64,000 nt of DNA from Schmidtea nova (lineage: Eukaryota): the NCBI GenBank assembly GCA_044892505.1, contig CM097882.1, positions 172,484,001 through 172,548,000 on the forward strand, written 5' to 3'. Below the pieces are notes generated by a model. It did not search any database, had not been told where the DNA came from, and saw nothing but the letters and a program-made list of their open reading frames with translations. Position 1 is the stretch's first letter. Every line of letters begins with the position of its first letter. Shown piece by piece: positions 1 to 12,500 of the stretch. The translations under genes were made by a program, and so were the position numbers.

Positions 1-899
1 AATTAACAAAATATTTTGACATTAAAATAAAAGAATTTTTTGATATTTTTCAGCAAATTCATAAAAATTAACTAGAAAAGAATTTGTTAAACAATAATAC
101 TTACGAATTTATGTGTTTCACTCGTTTAATTTAATTTGTTTCTTGCATTTTTTAAAAATTTTATTTGCTAGCTTGTAATTCAAACATTTTTCATCCATCT
201 CTTAAAAACAGTCGGGTAAGTTAGGATTTAATTATTCGTATATTAGTTAAAGATACAATCCTCCCTGGCAGCGATCTTGTATTTAGCTGAAAAAACTTAT
301 TAATAAATGAACTACAAAAAACCGATAAAATTCTGTTTAATCGATCTGACATTTTCAATTTTTATTGACCCAGTAACATCATTATAATACATATTGTTGG
401 GTTTTAATTAAATAGATAAATAACAGTTTATATATCTGACTCGTATTTATTAAATCAATCTGTTGGGTGGTCTGGTGAATTTCCATGACAAACCACACTT
501 CATGGAAATTACAAATCACTCGTACATACACCCGTGATTATTCCAAACAACCACGTTGGTAATGTCTATTGCCGCCTTTGAAAATTAGAGTGCAGATGAG
601 CATAGTTATCACGACTAATCTCCACTAAATTCTCACAAATGGGTTCACTTATGTGGATGGAAGACATTTAATACTGCTTTCTTGCCAAACTGGACATAAA
701 TTTTCGGCATTCTATTACCTTTACATACTTTAGCCTATACCTCCTAAAACAACTCCATATTTACTTTCAAGAACATGAAACAAACATATATTACTATTAT
801 GCAAAAACAACTACAATAAAATTTATTTTTGTATGTACATTTACAAGAGATTTATCTCGTTTAACAGGTCCAATTTGGTTAAACTGTCGAGGTATTCCA

Positions 900-1340
900 A
901 CTGTCTCGTTACTTGTCTATCGAACAAGCTTTCGTGTCGTTGCTTCATTTTTCGTCTCTTTTTAGCACTAAGTCGAGCGTGTTTCGTCTTTTAAGGCACT
1001 ACGTTCTGTTTGGTTTCCATCACTTTGGTCTGTTCAATTGGCGTAGTACTCCAATCTCGAAGAGTGATAGGATGAATTTTCCATCTCAACTCTCATTGTA
1101 TAAATTCTTGGATCATCTCTTTCCGGCAATTATTTAGTTCGAAATGCTTCGCACTTAATATTTCTTCCGATTTCTCATTAGCCCTTCTAAGATGATCGAT
1201 CTTCAAATGGGCTTTCTTTATTTTGACCGCGGAGAAGTATGACTTTCTAAATCGATAATTTTCTTCTTGAATTGCTCTAATACCTTCTCCCAAGCTCGTT
1301 ATTATCTGGCACACTTACATAACCATATGCCTTTCCCTGA
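900..1340 (-). pseudogene. Degenerate copy of unknown accessory ORF-B (homolog of 43240-43593)
   Basis: Minus-strand translation QFKKKIIDLE(fs)KSYF...ELNNCRKEMIQEFIQ*ELRWKIHPITLRDW aligns with [14 protein letters not shown]...[30 protein letters not shown]. Has a frameshift and stops; ends approximate. Confidence 0.75.
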
Positions 1341-1649
1341 TATCACCGTAGAAGTAGACATTAAGTTTAAGGTAAAAAAAATATAATAACCATATATGAT
1401 AATTTACGAAATCAATTCGCTACCATTCCACTAAGTTCCTTGCAATTACTCCAAACGAGTATACTGCCCTTATCAAAATAATTTTACTCGCTGATTATTA
1501 TACCTCATACTAAACTACATACATTCAATTTACCACATACAGCTAAAGATAAGAGAGAAAAACATATATTTTTTACTAAAAAGTTCATGACTATTAGTTT
1601 TTTGAGAGTTGAGGTCTTTAGTCTAAAATTAGGAGACTGATTATTGATA

Positions 1650-2000
1650 TCAACTCTTTACGAGAGATTGTACCATTTTGCAATATCTCTGAGATGCACT
1701 TGATTCCAATGAGAATCACTTGGAAGTAAGACGAGAGGCTGATGTAGTCCCTTTCGGCGTCTATCGGCTATTTATGGCTACCATGCCACAAGGTCTCTAC
1801 GTCAAATCCACGCAAATGAAGAGATATTGCCGGCTCGTTTCTGGCGTCATCCTAGAACTTTAGGATCCTCTCGATTTTACTCTCAACAACCAACCAGGAG
1901 CATTCGAAATATGAACTTGAATGGTGGAAATAGAGTCGATAATTTTTTAAATTTCATCAATGTTTGGCCTGATACTATGCGAAATATCATAAATTTAACA
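1650..2000 (-). pseudogene. Degenerate copy of unknown accessory ORF-A (homolog of 42439-42900)
   Basis: 1833-1744 (-) reads PAISLHLRGFDVETLWHGSHK*PIDAERDY versus [29 protein letters not shown] at 42627-42713. Ends approximate. Confidence 0.65.
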
Positions 2001-3039
2001 TATACCCATCCCGTGCTTACTGCTTATTCTATTGTTTACAATTTGCGCTTTGGTTGCTATAGACTTTGTTCAATAATGCTTCCTGTGTAATTTAATCTAA
2101 TTCGCGAGATGTAAATGTGATTTTTGTTAGATGAATTGGCAAAATTGCAATTTAATACGTTGATGTTCATATTTATTGACGATATATCATGACTACTTAC
2201 GGATGTGCATTATCGATTTATTAAGCCTGCCAAGAGCATTGTTGAACTTATTTGTAATTATAGAAAAATAAATTTGACTCAAGGGATTATTACTGAATAC
2301 TCATTGATCGTACTTTCTGCAATGGAATGTTTTGCTCCCGATGTTACTACTAAATTATTTCCTACTCGTATTTGTGCTTTCAGAGAAAAACTCAAATTTA
2401 AATGTCACTACTAAATAGTTGTTGTTGTACTCGCACCTTTGGGAAAACTCTAAATTTAACTGTTCACTGAATGTACTCGCGCTTTGAGAAAACTCGAATT
2501 ATTCGGCCACTACCATGCCTTAGACAGTAACATTTATTTATTTTCCTAATTTACTTAAATGTACCCCTAACAACTTTCATTATTTTACTAAGCTGATGAC
2601 CTCGGTTGCCCACCTCCGTTTCGCCTGTGTGATCTGGGGTCTTTCACTCTCTGGAAACTCGTTGCTGGGAAGCCAACAAAGTTCCGGAAACAAATTCATT
2701 TAAATGGATACAATGGTTGGAAACTACAGTTTCGTCTCTGCGAACCCTGGTTTCCCACTCATTGGGAACTTGTGGCTGGTTAGCCAACAAACTTCCAAAA
2801 TAAACTTTCATTTTAATGATGAATAGATACAAAACATGAGGGTTTACCCGTAATCATAATATCAACTAAAAACAAACGAAAATTACTTTATTTTCTGCTA
2901 CGATTCTCAATCAACGATTTTCGACCAAAGTTCAATCACAATAATGAGAATTAATATAAGTTGTAATGCTAACAAGTTACGAGTTGCCAAGTCGTTAAGC
3001 TAAGTCGTTCATGTTTTCTTGTCTCTTCTGTGTCTAAGT

Positions 3040-3090
3040 TTGACTGGTTCTTATATAGTAGTTTGTGATTTGAATCAACCAATCAGAATT
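3040..3090 (-). promoter_or_regulatory. Possible Pol II promoter upstream of the ORF-A/ORF-B cassette
   Basis: CTATATAA on - (3051-3058) and CCAAT at 3079-3083. Motifs are short and the genome is AT-rich. Confidence 0.3.
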
Positions 3091-3149
3091 GATTCGTCTC
3101 CGAAAATGTGAGAATTTATCATTATATTTTTAACTAATTGGATTTATTT

Positions 3150-5710
3150 ATTTTTCTAATTATTCCTTATACACTTCTCATCAATTTAAACGGGCTACAT
3201 TGTATGTTGTTATTTTGTGGTCTTAATAATATGTATTAAATTAGACTTGTGAATTTGGAAATTTTTATTTTTATTATGCATTGAATAGTTCCTTTCTATC
3301 CATATTTATGGTTACTGTACAATTATACATCTCTTGTATTTTTATGATTTCCTTCTGCTTTCGTTCCAAATTGAACTGCTTGTTTCATAGTATACATCTG
3401 TGTCCAAGTAAGTTACTTATTTTAGATATGACTTTATTTCTATAATTACTATAAAATCGCATTATTTATTTATCCCAGCTGATACCCATCACTGAGGGCA
3501 TGGGCATCCGCAGAAAATTTTCTATTGGGATCAAAATATTTTTAGTAATGTTTTAATGTAGTTTTAATTTACTGTAGCGTATTTGTATAGTGAACGACAT
3601 GAGACTGTAGTAATAAAGGGCATATTGTAGCACAAATTGTTTATAAACAAAATAGATGTATATAACAAAAAATATTACAACATAAATTTAAAATAAAATT
3701 TATTCTTTAAACAAAAACTGGAGTCTTCTGTTATCGCTACCAAACATATCTACAATTTTGTCCATAAAGTCTTTGTTGTTGCAGTTCACTTTGTCTCTGT
3801 GTACGCTTAACATGCACAATCCAGATCTAAGCCATGTTTATACACGAAATTATGTACCGAACGATCTCTCCACCGTACACGTTGTTTCTGTTAATGTTAG
3901 CAAAACTAGTAAGGCATACCTGACACTCGGATAAAACTTTGTAAAAGGTAACAAGTCGATTAAATCTTGGCTAGTTTGTATTCTTGCGTTTTCCAAAAAT
4001 CAAACCAACTCAAGGCTTCAGTTTCAAAATTATCAATGTGGTATACCTGATAAATAGTAGAAATTATATCCTTAAATTGTTGACTATTCAATTTGCACAA
4101 TTTCGAAGGATGTAGCAACACTAAGTTAAATTGTGCACTGTTGGCTTCACAAAATCGACTCTTCATTGAGTTAATTAGAGAATCTAAGTATGGAATGTAA
4201 ACTGTTTGTCTGAAGTACTCTTCAACACTTAGGGTTCCTGGATTACTTCTATCTTTTGTCTTCCACACTGTCTTGAGATAATCAGTTCAATATCCACTTT
4301 CTGTGCGAGTTGTACTGTTTTCTCAAATATATCCCTGAAATAGTTAACGGAATCACCACGGTGAAGTTTTACTACACTGAGCAGGTTTTGAACTTGTGGT
4401 TGGACTTCTGGAAGATCAATTTGAACAGCTTAAAGAGCCTGAGTAACTAGTTTCAGTGTGACAGAGTACTGCGAAATAATATTGAGACAAAATAAAAACG
4501 TGCTGGACTTTGATGAACAATATAACTGATGTGCAGCCTATCGTGTATTTCCACGTGCATGCAATGAAAATTCTTCCAGTTGACAATAAATAAAAATCCG
4601 AATACTTTTATACTTGCTAGTCCATCTTGTCTCAAACAGAAGAAGAATATTTGGGACAGAGGACCACATTTTTGGGCTTTTACGAAAAAATGTAATAATT
4701 TCTGATAGTACCAATAGTATTTCGTATCACTGCAACATTATTGAGATCACTTACTACGAGATTCAGTCTATGCGAGGCACAGTGAAGAAAGGCAGCCTTG
4801 GAGTAAATACTTCTAATATTTGCCTGATTTGGCCATTGCCGAGCACCCACCATAACCTTGACCCAGCAGATTATTAAGGAGAAGACCAAATGTTTTGATT
4901 TAAAATAAAAGTAACATTATTTGACAATTTTCAATCAATCCAAAGGGGGGCTGGCAAGTACCCATCTTTGTCCCCTGCCTGCGCCCATGACTGAGGGATG
5001 TTGTAATAAGTTTTCCAAATTAAAAAGAACTCTAAACATTAACTTAGCGACTCCAGATTTAAAAGATTTAAAATTTAGAATAAAGTAAATAAATGTAAAT
5101 CATTCAACTCATTCATATTGTTGGTGTAAAGGCTGTTTAATATTTGTTATAATTAGAATTCCCATAACCATTACACTTTCACTGATCTCACTTATGTACC
5201 CGTTATTACTCTCCGGTAATTATGTTGGCAATGTACACAGTGGTACGAGAACCAGTGAGCAGGTGAGCGTCGTTATCATAACTACTCCTTATTGCATTCT
5301 TCTTTTGGATTTCTGGCTGCCAATATAAGGTTTTAAACTCATGATTTCTTTCTTTTTTAAGTTCCTCTCCCTCATTAATTCATAACTTTTTAGAAGATTG
5401 CATAATATTATTTTACATTTACACCAATTTATCTGCATTGGTTTTTTAACGATTTGAATAGTTTTCCGCTCTAAATCTCAGATTCGATTCGAATTCTTCT
5501 ATCTTAATTTACTTGATCAAAATGTTTGCTCAAGAATCTGACTGTATTTTTCGATTTAAATTTCTAGACTTTGATTATATGTTTTACTGGATTTGCCCTA
5601 CCATTTAAACGCTAGATAAGTCCTTCAAGATTCGATTTTCGAGATTTGTGTACTAATTTCTTCCTCCAACTAGACAAATGACTCGAGCGAACTCAAGCCG
5701 TATCGCCAGC
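3150..5710 (-). mobile_element. Highly degenerate LTR-retroelement remnant (gag-like and integrase C-terminal-like), interrupted by the hAT element
   Basis: Weak motifs IEEFESNLRFRAEN (~5470), HPSVMGIS across the hAT insertion site, and TGGCGATACGG at 5708-5698 resembling a PBS. Confidence 0.35.
3499..4989 (-). mobile_element. hAT DNA transposon, internally deleted
   Basis: Perfect 8-bp TSD ACTGAGGG (3491-3498, 4990-4997); termini CATGGGC/GCCCATG; transposase fragments FLHCASHRLNLVV, YLDSLINSMKSRF, TCTVERSFG. Confidence 0.92.
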
Positions 5711-5989
5711 TGGAACCTTACAAGACCCCGAGAGGCCATTAAAGATTCAATCTTATTCAATCATTTGAGCCAGAGCAATATCAACAACAAAATAATAGAC
5801 AAACCAAAAATTTTACTTAAAATATATTATAGAAAAAAACAAGCCTGCAAAATTACCGATACACAAATTACAAAAAATACTTGTACAACGTTCCGCTAAT
5901 ATTACAAAATAAAATCATTTATTTTTCTCTTGATAAAGTTAATTTTTAAAATTATTTTATTTATTTTTTAATTACGTACTATTAATTCA

Positions 5990-7274
5990 CTGAAATTAAA
6001 GTGCATTCAACACGGTGCCTTTCTGCGTGTGTTGGTCCTATCTTTGTTATTTTAACTATATTTCAATGGGGATTTTTACTATAATTCTAATACATTATTC
6101 TATTTATTTTGGTACTATTTACTCATAGCTTCACTTAAACAAATGAATTATAACACCTAGATCTATAGGTTTTAGTAGACTGGTGGTATTCGATGGTACA
6201 AACTACTGTTGATAAGATTAGATGGCGTGTGTACAGGTGTATTTTTAATATTAATCATCACTTTAATCTGGATATCCTGAGACTTACAATAACATATGGC
6301 TTCAAGTATAAAATTATTGCTAAACCAATTTTTAAATGAAGAAGTTGTTACCAAACCTTTACAGCCAGACCTTTAAATCACTGGTAGGTTCGATTTTGAT
6401 TTGTTTTTTAAGGCTCTGAGACTTTAAAAATGAGAAACAAATAGTGGTTTAAATTTGAAATCACCAGTAGTATTTTCTTGTTGAATAAGTTTTGGCCGTC
6501 TTTGCCAGCCTTAAAATTAGGGAATATCTTTCCTTATGCACGGTGAATGTTCTTGTGAACATTTTATTTCCGACTTCATATAATAAACCTCTTATTATAT
6601 CAGGAAAAGAGGATGCTAATTCTATATTTACACTTGCAGATTTCTCTACTTTTTGCAATGTTGTACTGATGGAATCGTTGTTTCAAACGACAGAACTATC
6701 CATTTCTTGGTAGAAAATTCTCGTGTTTTGCATCGTTTTCGATTTCTTCTTTTAGTTTGTCAAAAGTCTGTTTAACGTTACTACTTCTAGTATTCTGGTC
6801 CACTGGATAATTCTTTACATTCACTTGATTTCTACATACTGCTTTAAAAAAGTCTCCATGCCGGCAATAATCCGATGTCGTTTATGAATTAAACTTGAAT
6901 ATAATGATTCAGCATTTTTAGCAGCATCAAAAACTTTGTTTTTATTTTTTATTATTGTGTGGACAGTAGTGTAAACAATGTGGAACCTCTGTGTTATTTT
7001 GCATGGTTTCATTCCACCTTCAAAATCTTTAATAATTCTGTATTTTGATTCCAAAGTTAAAACTTTTTTTTCTTTGTTGAGTTTGATGAATTAGACTTTT
7101 GTTTCACTGTCTTAAGGTAGGGCGACTCTAAATCTTTATTGCAAAATAAAGTAATTTAAATATAACCCGTAAAATATAATAAATTGATGAACTAATCATA
7201 TAATAAATAGATTTGGCTAGGGTTTCAATGAGAAATTACGTATCTCGGAATTTAAGCAAGTTGGGGTATTATTG
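5990..7274 (-). mobile_element. Tigger/pogo transposase pseudogene
   Basis: psq/CENP-B-type HTH start (6821-7054); DDE-region motifs GDFKFKPLF, FKNWFSNNF, NTTSLLKPIDLGVI; TA-flanked terminus near 7274. Left end approximate. Confidence 0.8.
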
Positions 7275-7949
7275 TATCATAAATAAAATATAGTATTACA
7301 ATGTTGTCTTTTAACACGAGGACCGCGTCAGGACTTCTGAGCTATACGAAGACTCCTAATTTATTACTGCCGAATGGGGTTTTAAAACTTTTTATTCTGA
7401 AATTGAAAAGATTTTTAAAAGTCATATCACAACCGCAACAAGTTTAGGAAATCGTGACAAGGCATTTTTTTGGTGGAGCTGATTCATAAATATGACAAGT
7501 GCACTGCGATTTTTCAAACTACGAAAAGAGATTAAGAAAAGCGTTCGAGCTAAGAAAAGACTTAGACATGGATTTGACACAGCCTTAAGATTTCGAAAAG
7601 AAAACGATTAATGTAATGAATTTTTCAACAAAGTGAAAAGTCCTATTGACAATGTACTTCGACACAAATAAACAAAACCAGTATTAATTTGATTTTTAAT
7701 GCAAAATGGAATGGGTATGGTAACAAAAAAGAAACTGAAGTTAAGAGAAGTTAAATAAGTTGATAAGGAAGTTATTACAAGAACGGAAAAAATTTTAAAA
7801 AACTTTCAAGCGAAGAATCATTTACTAGCATCTCTACATGAAAACAAATCATATTCTGATGCAGTCAAAAGCTAGAGAAAATGTCATTCTTTTTAACAGA
7901 ATAAGACATCAATATTCACTTTCTCTAGAACCAATTGTGTAGCAAACGT

Positions 7950-8250
7950 CAATGTATCAAATAAAAGTGGCTGGAAGAATGGGACCAAACGTTTTAAAGT
8001 GCAGAGATGTCGGGCATGAGGAGATCAAGGGCATATTCGAATAGAATAAAAAAATTAAAAATGTTCTCAATGATCCAAAATAGTCATTTCAAGTATTAAT
8101 GCTGGGACATCAGAATAAACCTTATTAAAACGGAAACATACGCCAACCGCATAAATTATGATGGAAGTCAAAAGTAGTTTGAATTCGGAAGTCAATACAA
8201 AAGCGGAAATCAATTTTCTGACAGAGAGAAACACCGAAGACAATGTAATG
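7950..8250 (+). pseudogene. Possible degenerate gag zinc-knuckle/protease remnant
   Basis: CRA*GDQGHIRIE* resembles CX2CX4HX4C with two Cys replaced by stops. Confidence 0.3.
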
Positions 8251-8339
8251 TGATGTGCAATTGCGAATATGACAAAGGCGATCTAATTCCACAGACTGGA
8301 ATTTAGAAAGATTACGAACAGCTAAAAGAGGAGGATGAA

Positions 8340-8860
8340 AGTTGAAATATATTCGCTGACTGCTTTCATTTTTGTACTGGCAGATTCTCCAGTAAATTGA
8401 ATATTAATTAAAGAAAACATTATTTTAAATTTGTCAAATCAACCTTTGCTTGTCATAAGTTCAATGGTAGAATCATTTTTATCGTCTTTTTCAATCTTCA
8501 TGCAAACTAAGAGCCTTTGCTTGAATTACTGATAAACACAACATGGCGCCTTTTTAATGTTGATCTTCAATCCATAAAGTCAAAGATTTTACCGTTTCAT
8601 CCATTACTAGACGATATCCGATGTACCTGACTCTTTTCCGGCTACGTGATTATTTTTTTATACGACAAAATTCATCTTTAACTAAAGCAAAGGATGATCT
8701 GATTATCAAACTGCGCACCCTACATCTTACCAATAAAAGTCATTTGGTGGCACTACAGTACATCTACACAAAAGGGAATCTTGCTTCCAGGGTTAAATCT
8801 ATTTCATTGACAGTGGCTACTGCAATTGCCCCAACGCAGCATGTAGTACTGCAGGAACAA
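8340..8860 (-). pseudogene. Second Tigger/pogo N-terminal remnant
   Basis: KSLTLWIEDQH*KGAMLCLSVIQAKALSLHED...MTSKG*FDKFK...GESAS matches the CENP-B HTH of Tigger transposases. Confidence 0.75.
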
Positions 8861-9301
8861 CTAAAGATAATTATAACACTTGTTAATATTTTCTCGTTCT
8901 TAAAACATATGGTTATCGTGATTGCTATAAGTTTTATAACGCGGCTGAATATTTACATTATCTTTGCACCATTTATTACTTTGGACCTAATCTCAATTTT
9001 GCTTTCTCCTTGCTTTTGAGTCTTCTTATTTTTAGTGTCATTTGCTGTCTCTTGACTTAAATGGCTCATTCCAATTCTCTTTCTAATGCACTTACATTGT
9101 TTTCCACTCTCTTTAGTTTTATTTGCTTTATAACTATTTCGCTCTTTTCTGTCCATAGTATGAAAGACTCCTAAATTCATTAAAATATCAAATTACGCCT
9201 TTAAAAAATTTACAAAACTTAAGAAATTCAAAACTTTTGAGAAACACAACTCTTATCATTTTTATAATTAATCTTTAAATGATTTTATTATATTTTTAAA
9301 G

Positions 9302-9545
9302 GAATGGTTGTTCTTGCTGCCAATCAAATTTGGTTCACATGGGAAGTCGAAGACACATTTAATAAAATCAAAAAAGGTCAACGTGCCGCTATGAAAGAAT
9401 TCGGAAAGAAAGTAAATAGTCAAATTTCTGAAATAGTTTATGCTGTTAGAGGTCGATTAGTGAAAAATGATATGAAAAAATTAGAAACAGTCCTAATCAT
9501 AGATGTTCATGCCAGAGATGTAATCGACAGCTTTATTCGAGATAG
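9302..9545 (+). CDS. DNAH10: Dynein exon 1 in window
   Basis: AAG|GA acceptor; [10 protein letters not shown]...[16 protein letters not shown]; AG|GTAAT donor. Confidence 0.9.
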
Positions 9546-12500
9546 GTAATTTGTTATCCATGAAATCTTTTGTTTATGTACTAAAAGTATAACTATAGCG
9601 GAAGAATTCGAATGGGAAGCTCAATTGAGGTTTTATTGGGTAAGAGATATTGACTGTATACGAATTCGACAGTGCTCTGGCGAATTTGGATACGGTTACG
9701 AATATTTTGGATTGAATGGCCGTTTAGTCATCACTCCACTTACAGATAGAATTTATCTAACGCTCTCTCAAGTTAGTATTACCATAACACATCATGTCAT
9801 ATATTAATGATATTTCAAATTTTACATGATATTTTGTCAAAACTTTACTAATACAGACTTACAAAAAAATATACTAACATTATGTAATATCTTGACATTT
9901 GGCAATAAATCTATTTAGAAAAGTTATGGTTTTATTTCATCCATTCAAAATTCAATATTTATTATACAAACAAAACAGTGATTATTAAAACACTGATATA
10001 TTTAATGATATCTTAACTCCCATTCTCTAAGAGTTTGTCCACTTTTTAGCCATTCGATTTTTCGTTTTTTTATTGCGGTAAAATACTTTATCTCAACTTG
10101 ATGAGGTGAGATGAATCTAATTACTTGAAATGACCCTTCATACTGAAAATCATCTTTCTGTCTTTTGTGAGGTTCCATTCGAATTAAAACCCACTCGCCC
10201 TCTTTAAAGTCTCTTGAAACCTACTTATCACTTTCAAATTGGCTCATCTTTATTGATGCTTTCTCTAGATTTATTCTGTTTTTATCAGTCGTCCGATCTA
10301 TACTTGTTTCTTAGACATTGAATTTAGAATGAATATTAATCTTAGTATCATATACTATTTCAAGTGGTGAAAAATCTGTGAGGCCTTGATGAGTTTCATT
10401 AATGTTGATTTCATTTTGTGCTAGTAATTCAAACCATCATTGTAGCGTTATTGGAAAAGCTACAATGATTAGATAAAATATATTTATATTAAAATACAAA
10501 TTATTTATCATTTTGTTGCATTTTGAAAATCTCTTCATTATGTTGCATTTTGAAAATCTCTTTATTATGTTGCATTTTGAAAATCTCTTTAATTAAATAT
10601 TGTGATAAATATTTATTATCGGAGGCACTACAATCATAATTGATTCTATTGCTAACCAACAACAATCAAATCTGTAGTGCCTCCGCCATATATATATATA
10701 TATATATTTTAACTTATTTAATATATTATATTTACATAACTATATAAAGTAAAGTCAGATATTTATAAAAAAATTTGTTTAAAAGAAAAAAAAACAGATA
10801 TCCGATTTGAAAATCAAACGCAAGCAATTTACAATAAATTTGAAATCCAAATGCAAGCAATTTACAATAAATTTGAAATCCAAAACTCAAGAAATTTATA
10901 ATTGATTTGAAATCCCAAACGCAAGAAATTTATAATAGATTTGAAATCCAAACGCAAGCAATTTACAATAAATTTGAAATCCAAACGCAAGCAATTTACA
11001 ATAAATTTGAAATCCAAATGCAAGCAATTTACAATAAATTTGAAATCCAAAACTCAAGAAATTTATAATTGATTTGAAATCCAAAACTCAAGAAATTTAT
11101 AATTGATTTGAAATCCAAACGCAAGCAATTTACAGTAAATTTGAAACCCAAACGCAAGCAATTTACAATAAATTTGAAATCCAAACACAAGCAATTTATA
11201 ATTGATTTGAAATCCCAAACGCAAGAAATTTATAATAGATTTGAAATCCCAAACTCAAGAAATTTATAAACTCAAAAAAATTGGAAAACTCAGAAAAGAA
11301 GATATTTTTTAAATAAATGTGTATTGAATATTTCTTCTTGTTTAATTTTGTTTTAGAGGTATCTGCAATGAAAGTTGCAACCCCTACAAAATCCTTCACT
11401 ATATATGTTCTAAGTAATATTTTCTTAAATATTATAGTGAAATATAATTTTATTCTTCTTTGCCGATCTTTTGTTCAAGTCATTGCTGATCAAGTTTAGA
11501 AATCACTGGTCGAATTTGTTTGTGAAAAAGATTATTCTTTCAGTTAAATGTTGTTGTTTTCACAACTATCAAAATAAACACATGAATGCATTTGATGAAT
11601 TTAAAGATTTCCTGCTCTACACATAATTACATTATAAAAAAATTTTCTTTTTTGTAAATGGATTTTTCATGAATTTTGATTTTTATTCAAAAATCTTGAT
11701 GTGTTTATTTCTGAAATAATTTTCTCGAGATTTTTAATTTATTATTTTTAATGTTTAAGGCATTATCAATGAATCTCGGGGGTGCTCCTGCTGGTCCAGC
11801 AGGTACTGGTAAAACTGAAACAACAAAAGATTTGGCAAAAGCATTAGGGTTGCTATGTGTCGTTACTAACTGTGGCGAAGGAATGGATTATAAGGCATGC
11901 TTTATTATTTTTTTTGTGAATATTTTTTGTCAGTAAATACAGATAATAGCTTATTATTATAACTTTATTACATTTTAAATATTAGATTTTCCAAAAATAC
12001 CGTTGTAAATCTAATACAAGCATTAGTCAATTTTTATCATTCGCTTTCTCACCAGGAACTTTGTGGGTGACTTAAGGAAAATTTCAATATTCTGGAAGAT
12101 CATAAGATACTAAGTTTAAAAGTGAAACTTTTCATACTATACCCAAAAAGTGAATTTTTCCGAAGAATCACTTGTAAATCCACGGAACGTAAAATAAAGA
12201 TCTTCGCTAAAAAATACAGATTGTAGTGAACTTTCACTCAGGCAATTCATTTGTCCTCATGTCATTCAGTGTCCTATCATCACATCTTATTCTTTTTTTC
12301 AGACTCTCAGAAAATTACCATTCTAATTCAGTAATGAGAATAGTTTAGTAATTGCCATATGTCTGCCTTCTTCAGTTAAAAGTAGTATTAAAAGTTTTTT
12401 TTAATTTTCAGGAGGAAGAGAAATAATAAATTCTACGTTTTCTACAAAGATATCGACGAAACGCCTTCAACAAAAATATTAAAATTTATAGACGTTAATC

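Noticed and set aside
8621-9019. 132-aa plus-strand ORF
   Set aside because: Antisense shadow of the Tigger remnant; no recognisable motif.
1-9301. Upstream dynein exons
   Set aside because: No dynein-like peptide found by eye; the preceding exon probably lies before the window, though a very short exon could be missed.
10805-11265. CRISPR-like ~33-bp repeat array and the repetitive ORFs 10862-11084
   Set aside because: Repeats are contiguous with no unique spacers, no cas genes are present, and the context is a eukaryotic intron. The ORFs are by-products of the repeat.
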